Below are positions 45,531 through 60,799 of a DNA stretch of 64,000 nucleotides, piece after piece. How positions within the stretch are numbered: the stretch's first letter is position 1; each line of letters begins with the position of its first letter. The notes under the pieces were generated by a model. That model did no database searches. It worked only from the letters and a program-made list of their open reading frames with translations, and was not told the origin of the DNA. The position numbers were made by a program, and so were the translations under genes. The stretch is from the human T2T-CHM13v2.0 reference genome, Homo sapiens, in NCBI RefSeq assembly GCF_009914755.1, contig NC_060934.1; one strand, 5' to 3'.

Positions 45531-46566
45531 CTATTATCGTTTCTCTGGCCACTGGTGTGGTCATTACTGTTGTTAACAGGCCAGATAAGGGTCTGATATT
45601 CTAGCAAGAAATGGTCCTAGCAAGAAGGATTCACAAACCAAAGTGAGGACACCAGGTAACAGAGTCACTGAGTGCTCGAGTTTGCTCAGCCTCCAGATTT
45701 TATTTGGCTCCGTTGAAAGCAGACCTGCCTGGCCCTGACTCATCAGAGAAAGCTGAATTGCTGCACCTGGGAAGAGTGAAGCCTTGGCGGGCAAGGGCAG
45801 GGCAGACCCTGCAAACAATCTATCTCGGAGACAGGAATATTTTGTTAGAGATGCGCCCAGTTGGGGTTGGGCCTTCCTGAATGGTGATGGGATGCAGTGT
45901 GAATGGAGACCTGGGCTATAATTGAGAACCATGTGGCCATGTCAGCAGGTGATGGCACTTGAGTGACAGTATGACAGAGAACAGAAACAGGGCCACAGCT
46001 AGCCGCTCTGCCTGCCATAGCGATGTACACTGTGCAGATTTCTACCCAGCCAGGAATGAGCCGGGCCTGGAGAGGCCTGCCAGACGGTGGGCTGCATGCT
46101 ACCAATTTCTTTCAGCACCTCCTATTTTGCCATTCATAGACTCTTGCCATTAAGCAGACAGAACAGCTCATATCCTGTGGACAGATGATAGATATGTCAT
46201 ATCACTGAAAAATTGTTTGTCTTCCACAGGTGTATGGGCTTCTTCTAAAGCAGGCAGCTCACATGACACTTTTCAACACTCTGTCCTGTACCAGCTTGGC
46301 ATCCGGCGTCTATCAAAAGGGGAATCTTTCATATGCAATTATGGCAGAAAATAAAGGTGATGAAGTGTTGTGTACCAAGAAGGGATAAGATCAAAGGGCG
46401 GTAATGAATACCGATTACAATAGAAGGGCAGCTTCAACTGCAGAAGTTGTGTGTGACTGTGTAGAGGCTGGCGCTGCTTGGGGGCATGCACTGGCACACA
46501 CCAGAGTACATGCAGAAATAATACAGTAAAATCATAGGCACTGCTGTCATAAAATTATAAATTGCC

Positions 46567-46856
<290 letters not shown>

Positions 46857-47839
46857 AAAATTATAAATTGCCAAGGTAGACCGTAACCCAAGAGGGGTTA
46901 CAGGTAATGTGTAATTGTATCAAGGTGATGGTAAGACACTTGTATCCTGATAATTCACGTAATACCTGTTTCTTCCAGCACCATCCAATTAGTGGCACCA
47001 TTTCAGACCTCCAAAAGTCTAGTTTATACCCATTGAGGCTGATTTTCCAATAGAGTCTTCCAGAGCACAGGACCTGGGCACCCAATGGTGTGTTGTTTAT
47101 TTATTTTTTTATTGCACTCTGGGAGGCCAAGGGGAAAAGCACAGCCTGTTCAAGTTTAGGAACAGGGCTGCGTATCATTGGAGACTTCACAGCCATGCAG
47201 TGTCGCCATCCCAGCAGCACGCTTTTTAATCGGAGAAGAATTTCTCTACCTGCCAAGTACTTTTCCTTGCAGCTGCTATCATCTTGAAAGGTACATCACA
47301 TGATGACATTTCAAATCCCACAAAATGGCTTGCCCAAGTCAATTCAGCAGAGGCTTTAACTTTAATATCTGATCACTTTCTTTGGAATGCTATATGAAAA
47401 GCTGACAATTTTCAACTAATTTGTGAGTACACCAGTTTGAGTTGGTTAAAAAAGACAAAAAAAAAACAACAAAAAAACCTCTTCATTATAGATTACTTAA
47501 AATTCCTTTCTAATTGTATTAGTTTCAGTAATGATGACTGCAGTAATTTAAAGGAAGCTAGCAAAGTTTTGTCAAATGCCTTTCAGGGTTCTTGCTTTAA
47601 TGGGAAAATTAAATCTTCTTTATCAGTTGTAGTAAATAGATGCTCAACTCTTTGAAAATGGCTCCTTTTTCTAAGTAGATAAAAAAAATCCTGCTTTGTC
47701 TTATTTTAATATTGGCTGGATTAGTAACCATTTTGCTCCTTTTGCAAATATAAAAATATATTGAGAGACCTCCCAATTTTACAAGTAAGAAGGCCTACAT
47801 CAATGAGGATTGAGGGGAGAGGGAAAGAGAACCAGCATA

Positions 47840-48010
47840 GGTTGAATGTCTGCTATCTTATTTAACTTCATCTTCACAAAAGCTGTTTGTTGGAGATGAT
47901 AGAGCCATTTTCCAGATGAGAAAACTGAAATGAAGTAAGCTGGTCTGGTCTGTCCAGTGGTGTTAGAGCTGAATTGAAATCCTGCTTTATAGAGCCCCCA
48001 GATTGGCATT
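47840..48010 (-). mobile_element. MIR
   Basis: cattttccagatgagaaaactga core in reverse orientation. Confidence 0.55.
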
Positions 48011-49349
48011 CCACTACCTTTGCTCCCCCATGCTGCTTAGCTCACATTGGCTGTTTGCCATAGGCTGTCTTTCTCTAACCAGAAGCTGCTGGTCTTGTAG
48101 CACCCAGAGACTTGTGCAAATGTCTTCTGTGAGCAATTGTAATTGAGATTTCCAAATGAAATGTCAGTCTGCTCACCAGGGGAATAGTATTACAAAGCCA
48201 GTGGCCCTTGCGATACCCTGTGTTTTCACAGCCCTCAGGGCCTTGTGTTGAAAATGTAAGCAGGCATTGCTAAGAGGTCTCAGTGGGGCTGAGTGAGCAA
48301 TGCTTCTTGCGGGGAACTTTATGGTAGACCAGGCCAACCATGATGAGGACTACCTGGCCAGCTCAGAAAGGCTTCTTGGTGCAAATCTCACTCTTAAGTT
48401 CCCAGTGAAGTCCTCTTTGTGTCTTCGTAGGTATGGTACATGGCTGTAATTGAATACATTAATCCTGTGGCATTTTCACCCATTAGCACTGCAGCATAAG
48501 TCCTTAGAAAGAACCATGTTTTGAGGAAAAGTGGGCACGGGGAAGACAAATTCCAATATAAGAAGGAAAGGAGAGCAGTCTGCAGTCAAAGAGGCATTCC
48601 AGAGGGCACTGGATGGTGGTAGGGAAACAGGGATCCTCTGAACTCAGTTGGGGTGAGGAATAGGAGAAACTTCCCTACTTGACAATTTTGCCTAAGGCCA
48701 GCTCTACTCAGTAAGCCTCCTGGGATCAGCTTGCTCACTTCAAAGGATCTAGACCATCAGAAGAACAAAACAATATTTCCCTCTGTGGCAATGTGGCATT
48801 GCAGCTGTCATCACAATTGTATCCAGAAAAGCAGCGTATTCAAGTGGCAGCTTGTTCCTTGAGGCTTGTCTCATCTTTGAGAAATACCCAGTGACACCTC
48901 TCAGAGGAAATCCCTCATTCCAGCTCTGTGTGATCGTTTCTGCAGGCAGCAAGCACTTTAGGAATATGTTCCTGGGCATAATGAGCCCTCCGATGGTGTT
49001 CACCGTGTTTGTTCACAAGAGAACCCAGCCAGAGTTTTGTGAGAGACCAGACAGAGCTTCTTGAGCCCAGCAACAGGAGGCACAGAAGAATTTCTGGTTG
49101 TTTCCTTAGACTTGTAAGAACTGTTATTTGAGGACTTCATTGAAACCAGTCTTTATGTCCCCACCCTTTCCATTTCCTTTTCCTTTTAACCCACAGACTG
49201 CTGTTCACTGTTGTAGAATGGAGTTGATGACTGATTAAAAAAAAGTTTCTGCAACCTTCCATTGCATGAAAAGAATAGGATGCAATCAAGGAGGGGGGGG
49301 TGGTGGAGGAGTAGAGGACATTTCCCTGTTCTCTGCTCTCCCCACCTTG

Positions 49350-49500
49350 GACTTACAGAATCCTAGACCTGAAAGGAGCTTTTTTTCAAGCATGTAGCTG
49401 GCCTAATTCTCAAACTGAACAGATGAGGAAACGGAGGCCTAGAGAGTGGAGGTGTTTGCCTCAAGTGACACTGATGGCTGATGACCAGTTCCATAGCTGG
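49350..49500 (-). mobile_element. MIR (MIR3/MIRc-like)
   Basis: acagatgaggaaacggaggcctagagag...ttgcctcaagtgacac. Confidence 0.55.
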
Positions 49501-50166
49501 CATACTTTGTTCAGCTCTGCAGACGATAGTTTAAGGCAAGGACACATGACAGGAGGATGGCTGGGAGGATCGGGAGCTTATGACGATGTTTTGAAGAACC
49601 CAGGACTGTCTTGTCGGTAAGAAAGAAAATGCTTCAAGGGATTATAAAGACCATCCTCAAACATTTGAACCGTTTCCACACTGCAGCATAGGGAGATTTA
49701 TTCTTTGTAATTGCTAAGGGCACAGCTAGAATCCACGGACATATTTATATGAAGAGCGAGTTTGACTCAAGATGAGGAAGATGTTGATCTGCCTTCAATA
49801 TGAGCCTGGAATGCCTGAAAGAGTAGTGAGTCCACTGCCTTGGAAGAACCAACTGTCCCTCAAAAAAGAGGACATGTTCAAAGAGGTTTCTACATGGGGA
49901 ATCTCCTTTTCAAAGCTAAAGTGAATCAACAAGATTCTCATCAGAGTCCCTAAGAGTCCCCATCAAATAGGGAGGTAAGTGGAATTAATGAAAAACGCTG
50001 AAGGTATCAGTTTCTGCAAAGCCAGTCATCTCCAGAGCAGTGTATGAATCTAGATCTACCACAGGCTTTGGGGTCGTTAGCTTTCGCTGTTGTGGAGCCC
50101 AGATAGGGGATAGCTTTGAAAGTAAGGGCTGCTGCTACTTATAGGATGAAAGTGGAAATGCGTTAG

Positions 50167-50633
<467 letters not shown>

Positions 50634-51388
50634 TGGAAGGAACCTTTAACAGAGACTTTTATAGATACCTCTGAGGTTTAAAGGCCACTAAGGAGAAGAT
50701 CCAGGGCACTGGAATGCCTGAACCCCAGAATGGGCTGATGAAATAAAGTCCCCTTTACCCCTGGTTCCATCACACTGGCCTGCCCTTTGCCTGTTGTGGC
50801 CTCTAACCTGTCTATCCTTTAAGGTTCAGACTCTTGATTCTAACTTGTTATGGCTATGTATCTTATTTGGAATCTCTAATGCTTGAATCTACTGCTTCCA
50901 GAAAGCTTTCCTGGCCTTATCAATCTACCCTAGAGTCTCCTGCTTCTGAGTTTAGGGGTGGGAACAGGTGACAGGCAGTATATCAGGACACAAGGAGGTC
51001 TCAGGGGTTACCCTGTCACTCTGGGTCGATGCTTGGGCTGGGTGCTGTCAGCTTCCCTCCCTAGTTGCTATAAGAGTGCCACTGTGAGTCTTCTCAAAGT
51101 GTCTCCCGCTTTGCTCCCTCTCTTTTACTGTCATGCTCCCTTCTAGGATGGACCTGGATCCCCAGCCCATTGGAATAGGCTGTTCCCAAGTTTGGGTAAA
51201 CACCATGTCCAAGACACCCTTCTCCCTTTTTGCAGACATTTCTTCTATATACATTTCTCAAGGGCCCACTGACCTCTTCCAGGCTGATGATGTGTAACCC
51301 AAAGCCTTGAGCTCATTCTCACTGGGTCATTCAGTCCATCCTCCCAGAGGACTGCTTCATCAATTGCTTTGTTTGTGCTTTTCCCCAG

Positions 51389-51449
51389 GATCTCAGTTGG
51401 CTTTGAGATGTTTGACTCATCGTCAGTACTTCCCAATTTCCTCCTGAAG
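51389..51449 (+). other. Candidate 61-nt internal exon of an unidentified transcript
   Basis: tttgtttgtgcttttccccAG|G acceptor and AAG|GTACCA donor; only one open frame (ISVGFEMFDSSSVLPNFLLK); peptide not recognised. Confidence 0.3.
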
Positions 51450-52122
51450 GTACCAACCATGTTTGCTAATTTAACCATCAGATATCCCGTCCGAGTTGCT
51501 CATGAGCATGAGAAAACACTAACGCCTTTTTTCCCGTGGGTGGTATTTGTTGGCTTGTAAATCTGAACAGGAAGAGTACATTTATTTGGAGAAACTATGA
51601 AATGCCTACCCTTGAAGAGTGTTTTTGTTGGGGGCAGCAAGAGAGTCTGTATGCCCATAAGTACCGGGATTCAGGACTTGAGATCAGGCTAGAGGCCAGA
51701 GATAAGGACCTCTTTCTAATCTTTGCTGCAAATGAAAATGGTCAATAAATCAGAACTATTTATGGAATGCCTACCATGTTCAGATAACAGGAGAATGAGA
51801 AGTTATAAAAACAGGCAAAACCATCTTGACTGAAAACTTAACCTACCACTTGTTGGAGGCCTTTGGGACTAAATCTCACAGGGGTGCTTGTTGTCTAGAA
51901 ATTGAGAACATAATTTAGCTCCTGCTTGAGACTGAGAAGTCCTTTGTTATGTTTATTAGATGGGGCTGAGTTTTAGGATGGCAGAAATGCAACCTTAACT
52001 TTCTATTCAGCACCTTTAATGTATTTCTGCTGAATACAGAAGACAGTTAATGTCTCTGACCCCATTTTTTTATTTGGAGAAAAGATCTAGCAATACCTAC
52101 CTCAGGCTGTAGTTCTGAGAAG

Positions 52123-52477
52123 TATATTAAGTTCGTTTTCACACTGCTATGAAGAAGTACTTGAGACTGGGTAATTTATAAAGGAAGGAGGTTTAATTGA
52201 CTCACAGTTCCATGTGGCTGGGGAGGCCTCAGGAAATCATGGTGGAAGGCAAAGGGAAGCAAGGCATATCTTACATGGTGGCAGGATAGAGAGAGTGAGG
52301 GAAAGTGCCACACTTTTAAACCACCAGATCTTGTGAGAACTCCCTCACTATCATGAGAACAGTGTGAGGAAAAACACTCCCATGATCCAATCACCTCCCA
52401 CCAAGTTCTTCCCTCGACATGTGGGGATTACAGTTCAAGGTGAGATTTGGGTGGGGACGCAGAGACAAACCACATCA
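52123..52477 (-). mobile_element. THE1 (THE1D-like) MaLR solo LTR inserted in a MIR
   Basis: Both termini present; perfect TSD agaag at 52118 and 52478. Confidence 0.92.
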
Positions 52478-53767
52478 AGAAGTAAACAAAACATTGTATG
52501 TCAGGCACTTTGCAATGTACTTGGCACCCAATAGGCACCAATGAACAGACGATGCTATTGTAGCTGGACCATCATTGCCGGTGCCTCCTGGGAAGCAGAT
52601 GGGAAACAGTGTTCATGTTGTGTCCTACCTTGTCCCATGGAAAATCCTGATTTTGAGTTCTCTTATCTCTCAGATTTTATAGTGTTAAGTTAGCACACTG
52701 TAGACAGGGTACATGGAAAAATGTCTGGTGTCCCTGACACAAGAAAAGGGACAAATCTCTCTAAGAGAGCCATCTGGGGTCTTGTATTGATGAAAGCAGT
52801 AAAGAACTGTGGAAGGAGAGAAAAGCTAAGTGTCTAAATGAAGAGTTTGCTACACACATTCTCAAGGGTGAAGACTGGACAAGACAGACTGGCAGAAGGA
52901 GAGGAGCTAAGGGGTGATGGTCCCAGGAAAGAATGGTGAGCAGCATCAAGGGTAGTCAAAGTTGAAATAGAGAAGGACAAGCCAGTTATAAAATGAGTTG
53001 ACTGGGGCAGCAAGGCTCCACCTTCTTCCCAGTCAGACATCAGAACCCATAGCCCAGACTCTGCATGTATTTAAAGGGACTAGAAGACAATATGGACCCA
53101 AAAGAGGACAGTCTGCCCATCTTTAGGAAGGAGTCCCCTCTCATTTTCCTTGTGGATGCTGTCCATGGAAGTAGACAGCCCTCAACTTTCTTCACAGAGC
53201 AAACTTACCTTCACCTCAGTTGTGTGCCTCACACTTACATCAGCTCAAATAGCATGAATTCTTTAAAACTACAGAAATTGTTATTGTTACAGCAGTTTGT
53301 TCCCAAGGAACAAAGGCCACAGCAGGCTGGTATTATTTTAATTTTTCCATGACCCATTTATCAAAAATAATGATAAGATTTGAAATAGATTTCAACATGG
53401 TTAATGAGATATTTGCAATGCAGTTTATCCGAAGTGGAAGGGCCTAGACATCTAAACTGGTTGTCTGGCAAGATTAACCTTGTGTACTTTGCCCCATCTT
53501 TTGAGAGAAAGATCTCTCTAAATTTCAAAGAAAAAGGCATCATTTATTTGCACCCGAATGGTACATTTCTGTTCAGAAAACTGAAATCAGCTGCATACAC
53601 AGAACCCGGTTGGGACAACGTCACCACTGGGGAGAGGGTGAGACAGGCCAGATTTATGAATACCCAAGGAGGGAATAAGCAGATCAAGATCCATGTGGGT
53701 ACAGAAGGAGATCTAAATATGCTACACTTGTGAAAATTTCATTTGAATAAGGAATCAAATTGCATCA

Positions 53768-54509
<742 letters not shown>

Positions 54510-56734
54510 TAGAGAAAAATGTGTCCGACACAGCAGTTGCTCTCTTAAAACAAAGTGCTATCTCATGCCTTGCCCTGTAGCTTTCATAAAAGTATTTTCA
54601 AAGTCTGCAAAAATGGGCAGGAAAAAGTAATATTCTGGAAAAAGTGTATGAAGTGGGTAAGGATGTTGGCCTGGTGGGTCTGGGTATAGAGCTAACACTG
54701 TATAGAGTAGAATTTTCTAAGTTTTAAAGTTTCCCCAATTGCCAGAGCTCAAGTATGTGTTGTGGATTGCATTTTTCCAGATTCAAAGCTATTCCCTCCT
54801 TTAACATTCCCGCTGTCTTCTTTTCCCCCAGTACGTGTATTAATGACCCAAACAAGAAAGACTTCATGATGGATGGTGCTTATTTAATTGGCCAAAATGG
54901 AACGATGTGCACTTTCGGAATCCCTTTAATTCTTGAGACTAATCTACATATTGGCAACTTGTCATAAGAAATGGGTAGCAAACGCTGAATCAAAACTTTT
55001 TAGGCTTGGCAGCAGTAAAATGGCAATGTATTAAATATTCTCTTAGGAGACTGGAGAGTAACCATTGTATAAGTGTAATGCAGTCATGGTAAGATAATGG
55101 ATTAAATGGCCTCCTTTAGGATATTGGCTTTGTATATCTCATGTATTAAAAAAAATACTCTTTCTGATTTTAATGTGTCTCTTTAAGCACACACAAAATG
55201 GACAATGGTCAGTAATGAGTTACTGCGTTCAGGATGAGGGGATGTTTGCAACCTGTTCTGTGCATCCAAATTCCAGCCTGCCTGTAGGTTTCCTGCTAGA
55301 GTTCACAAGGCTTCATGGCTAAACTTCCTGGTGGGGCTTGGAATGAAATTTTCCCAGGAGACCACATGGTGATTTGGAACCAGAAGAGCTTGTTTACATA
55401 AGATCTTCTGCATGTACCAGTTGAGAGAGATTGGGAAGGCCACTGAAATTTGTCTCTAAGAAATATGAATGATAATACTTGGTATTTTTCTTTCAAAGAG
55501 ATTGTGAGGACTGGACAAAGTGGTGGTTTGAAAATATTTCATATACTGCAAAGCCTTGCACAAATATTGTTATTATGATTATAAAGGCTCTTCCTGGTCT
55601 GTAAAAAAAACATTTTCCCAAGTCCTCCCCTATCTTCTATCAGCCATAGTGAATCCCTGTCTATTCTTAGCATGTTTGTGCGAGGGATATGTGAAAGCGT
55701 TGGTGTCCTCTTGTCCCTCTGTTAAGGACTCAGACAGGATGCCGGGCACATTTGTATCCAGACATCGTTGAGATGTTTTGAAATCGGTCTGGTAAGAACC
55801 AAAGCTATGTTTCCAATTAATTTTCTAAGTACAAATATGCTCAAAGTACATTTTTTTTTAAAAAAGAATTCAACAATAAAGTATGGCTTGTTGCTGTTCG
55901 ACTGCCAGAAACTCGGGATCTCTATGAGTTTCACTGATATCAAAGGCTTCTGTTTAATATAACTTTGTATTAAAGTGGGCCTTACTGTCAACCTAGCAAA
56001 ACCTCATGTTTAATCTCAAGTTTAGTGTAGTTTTTTTATTAATCCAATGTGCATCTGTTAAAAATAACTCCAGATAATGCAACATTTGATTAAATGGAAC
56101 TTAATACAGCCATTAGCTGGTGGGATTTTTTTTTTCCATTTACGCATTCCAAGCTGAGCCTGATAAGATGGCACTAACATTTAGCCTGAGGTGTGGAATG
56201 TTAATAGTGGGATCTTGGACAGTTTGTTTATTTTTTATTTATTTCCTGAATGTGCCACTCACAGCAATGTGCCAGATGGGCGGCCTGGAAGGCAGAAATT
56301 CTCTGTTTAGCCTCGGAGCCCCAAGAAACTGGCAGATTAGCCCCCACCCCCAGGGCAGCCCCAGCTTGGTAGAAAAAGGCAGAGGGGTAACATTAAATCA
56401 GAGCTGCAGTATGTTTTTGTTCTTTTGTCAAAGGACTGTGCAAGTAACATGCTTTTCAGGGTTGGCCATGCAAATAACATGTCAAGTGAAACTTTACCAC
56501 CTTTTTACTTAGGCTATATAGAAGGAAGGCCTAAAAAATGCCCTGGTCCTCTTGAGCATTTTGAGCCCAGGCTGTCCTGGTGGCAATAGGTTTCCTCTGT
56601 TGAGAAGTCCTGCAGCTCTGGTGGGTTAGGACCACCCTCCGCCTGGCACTGAGTGGGTACTCTGTCACTTCTTGGAGCCATTAGGCTGAACAGTAGCCAG
56701 AGAATACAGAGGCCCCATTCATTTTGTCGGTGCA

Positions 56735-56840
56735 CATTTATTGGGTAGTTACTGTGTGCTAGGTAGGATACTAAGCCCTGAAGACAGGGCAGTAAAAAAG
56801 ATAGACTCAGTCCCTGCCCTCATGGAACTGACATTCTATC
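56735..56840 (-). mobile_element. L2 3' end
   Basis: tttattgggtagttactgtgtgctagg...gtccctgccctcatggaactgacattcta. Confidence 0.7.
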
Positions 56841-57499
56841 TAACATCTAGCTGCTAGTTGAGGATGCTGCCCATCTCTGCTGGTTTGTAAAATTTGGTTT
56901 CTACTCTATTAACTGAATTTCAGCTCACTGAATTAGACTTATGTTCCATGGACCAGTTGGTCTTTTGCAATAATTCTTATACTGGTATTTTTAGTGATTT
57001 TATGTTAGTTTTAATTTCTTCAAGATAAGGATTTTGGTTTGATTTGATTCAACAGTTATTTACAAACTTCCTATTGTGTGTAAGACTTGACATTCTTCAC
57101 TACTCCCAGCCTCTCCCAGGGTGAAGAGGCAAAATGTACCCCCTTCCCTCTTGCCTAGCCCATCCAGGAAGGCCGTCAAGAAAGGGCAAGTTATATACCA
57201 CACGATGCTGTCACATCTAAAAGGACACTATCCACATCACAGAGACTGTAAATGTGTATTTTTATAGTGGTTTCCTGACAGATGATGTGTCTTGTTCTAA
57301 GAAAATCATTGTATGTTAAGGATATTAAGAAAATGTCCCCCATAGCAAATGAACCTTGAATCAGATTCTTTAAAAAGAATCACATTCTTTTTAAAATTAG
57401 TATAAAGACACTCTGTAAGCCAGTGGGCCCCTTGCTCCTTTCCTTTCCCTTGTATCAGGGACCAGGACCATTCTTCTAGTTCATTACTGCAACAGAGGG

Positions 57500-57720
57500 G
57501 AAAAATAGTGGAGTCAGAGTGGATTCCAGTTTTAACCATGCAAATCAACCAGCTGTGTAGCTTCAAGCACAACCTATAATCATTTTGAGCTTCAATTTCC
57601 TCATCAGTAAAATGGGGATTATCCCCATACCTCATGGAGTTGTTAAGAAGATCAAATAGAGTAATTCTGGGAATATGCTCTGCTCCATGTGCTTGAACTC
57701 AATGGATGTTATTTCAATCT
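57500..57720 (+). mobile_element. MIR
   Basis: gagcttcaatttcctcatcagtaaaatggggatt...acctcatggagttgtt. Confidence 0.65.
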
Positions 57721-58987
57721 GGTTGCTGGTATGGGGACAGAGGTAAGGAAGGGAAGTGGGGCATGAACCTGCCAAGAGACTTGATGGGAGACAGATCTTA
57801 CTTCTGTGTCCTCTGAGTGACTGGGTGAGTTCGGGGGACCATTTTGTCCTGGGAAGGCTCATCACTGAAGACTTGAAAACCTCTTTCATTTTTAGCAATT
57901 CAGAGAAAGGCATTCAATTTTTTTTTATTTTCATCCTGGGGATTGCAGTTTACATGTGCAAGAAAATGAGGGTGTCATTCTCCTAGTTCCCAGGCACCTA
58001 GGCTGATTCATTGCAGCATTAGGAGTGGTTAATGGCAATTGAAGTAGCAGCAGTTTTTGGCAGCAAGCAGGACCCCACCAGAGACCCTGGGTAACTCCCA
58101 GGTGTTATTGCAACCTGTCTGGCTTTCGATGGAGCTCACTGGTTTTCCCATCAAGCTATCTGCCAGTCTCCTGCTTTCATTTCCTGGGCAGAGATTCAGA
58201 GGTCAGCCGGAAACCCCTTTGCATTGCTGCAGAGGGGCTGATGCATCCATTGATTCTCATATTTGGTTTTGATCACAGATTGAAATTAGATTGCTTCCTT
58301 TCCTGGCTGGGATTATGATAGCACTCTGTAGTTTAAGAAAATTTATTCACTGTGCGTTTTGTTTCTTGAAAAGCCAGATAATTTGTTTCTGTCCTCTACT
58401 CAAAGAAACTCAGTGAGGACTGGCCAGACTCCAGGAGTAATGAGGTGATGGTGAGAAAAACACCACCCAAAGACATGAATCTTTATTAGACCCTTCTTGT
58501 TGTGTTGGTGGCAATATTGCAGTGCACAAGGTGATGGGTCTTGATTTCCTTCTGGCTTGACTGGGGTCGGCTAGTTCCCTCTTGCGGGGCCTTTGTATCC
58601 CAGATGGTGGAATGTGTCTAAGTTTGGCAACCCATATTCACCTGATGGAATAACACTTCCAAAGTGTACATACAACTGAGAAGATGGAGGGGGTTTAGCA
58701 CTCAGTTCTGGGCCATGTGTAGATTTGTGTTTTCATTTTCAAGTTGTCTTCAAGCTCCTCTAGGGAGGATGAGTGGATGGAAGGGAATGTTTTATCTGTA
58801 TTTGTAGGGAGCTTCCTGAGACTCCAAAGGCTGGAATCCTGTGACTGAAACTTGTTACAAAGAATAAAGTAATAGAGAGGTGTTCAAACCCAAGAGGAGG
58901 AGGATGGTTCCCAAAATTTCTCAGTTCTTCATACCCTTTGTTTCTCAGTCATTTTTTTTCACAATGCCTCTAGGCGAATGATTGCAT

Positions 58988-58990
<3 letters not shown>

Positions 58991-59024
<34 letters not shown>
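58991..59024. repeat. (CA)17 microsatellite
   Basis: Read directly from the sequence; uninterrupted. Confidence 0.97.
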
Positions 59025-59027
<3 letters not shown>

Positions 59028-59080
59028 CTGTTTATTAAGTAGTTAGATCCCAATAAGTTAATTTATGTCTTAACAGCTTA

Positions 59081-59449
<369 letters not shown>

Positions 59450-60799
59450 TTACCAGTGAGATGTGTGTACCTGTTGGGTACTGCACAGCATCACAAATCT
59501 TGGAATCAGGTTGGACAGTACCACCCTGTTTTTGTGTTCCCCACTGATTTTCATGCAGTACTTGCTTTTTATCACAGCAACCACTGAAATCTCACTTTTG
59601 AAAAGATATGGCATAATCAGAAGGAATGTAGCATGATCTAATGTTGACACTGAGAACTACATTGACCTACTGGTTTGCAGAGTGACAGATGTCATGTATT
59701 GCTGTATTTTCCTTGAAAATTTAACATATTTCAAAATTAAGTTCAAATTAATTTAAATGTCCCACAGTGTTCCTATGTGTTTGCTGTGGTGACCCAGGGC
59801 CCTTCAGCATACAGCTGGGAGCCTAGATCCTGAGCACAAGATGCTCTCAGATAATCCAAAACCTGGAGGAAAGGAGTGCTTGTCTAGTCTCCTGTCCTTA
59901 TAGTGGCTTTCAGGCTCACCTCTGACCCACCACTAAAGGAAGATGCGCCCTGCACACAGTGCATCAAATTTTATGATTCTAGAGGGTGAAGTGAAATCTG
60001 GCTACGCACCGCAACTAGTAGCCCTGCACTGGGTTCCTCCTTGGTAGCCAGCTCCAACAGGTACTGTGGGACTTGTTTCTTGTGCTAGCATAGCCTCGAC
60101 CTCAAGGAAGAAGCAATCTTGGGGAGACTGTCACAAGCTCAAGGTGGACAAAGATTCTCTGTCTGAAGGCTCACAATTCAAACTGGTCATTTTTGCAGAA
60201 TGCTTCTCTTTCCTCGGCACAAATGAGAGAAATTGAACTGGATTAAGTAATTAAACAATGATTACATTTAATTAAATTAGGATTTAAAAAAAAAATTTCC
60301 ACTCGGATTTTTCTAAAGTGGCATCATTTTCAAGCTGAACAAGAATACGCCCTGGAAGTACAGGAAAAGACTTCTGTGCAAAATTGGCAACAGAATCCCT
60401 AAATGCAAGTTCTGGGGGTCTAGGGATTAAATGAGAATAATTTAAATGGGAAAAGGCCACTTTGCCTCCAGTGGAATGAAAACCTTTTTCAAGGTTTACA
60501 TTTCTGACAATTTTGGTAAATCTTCATGTTTTGATTTGACTGCCAGTGACTGGACATTTTCCTTTGGAGGCCTAGGGCCTGAACACATTCTGTCAAGTTT
60601 ATTATCCAAGGAGGAGATTCCTTTCAGTCCCAGATGGGTGTGTGGTAGCAGGTGGGAATTGCCATTGAAAAGTTGGGAGACCCTAAATCTCTTTTCATCA
60701 GATCTGAATGTTGGTGGCAATATAGAAATGCATTGAAGTGTTTCTAACAAAGCTGCCCTCCCTGCCTAGCATTCAGAGGGGGAAAGAGGGTATTTTGCA

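Noticed and set aside
46230-46390. Exon after the acceptor-like cttccacAG
   Set aside because: All frames reach stops within about 160 nt, no convincing donor, and the peptide is not recognised.
51048-51254. WEQPIPMGWGS resembling NDUFS4 WENPLMGWAS (possible processed pseudogene)
   Set aside because: Similarity is limited to a few residues; flanking translation does not match, and there is no poly(A) tail or TSD.
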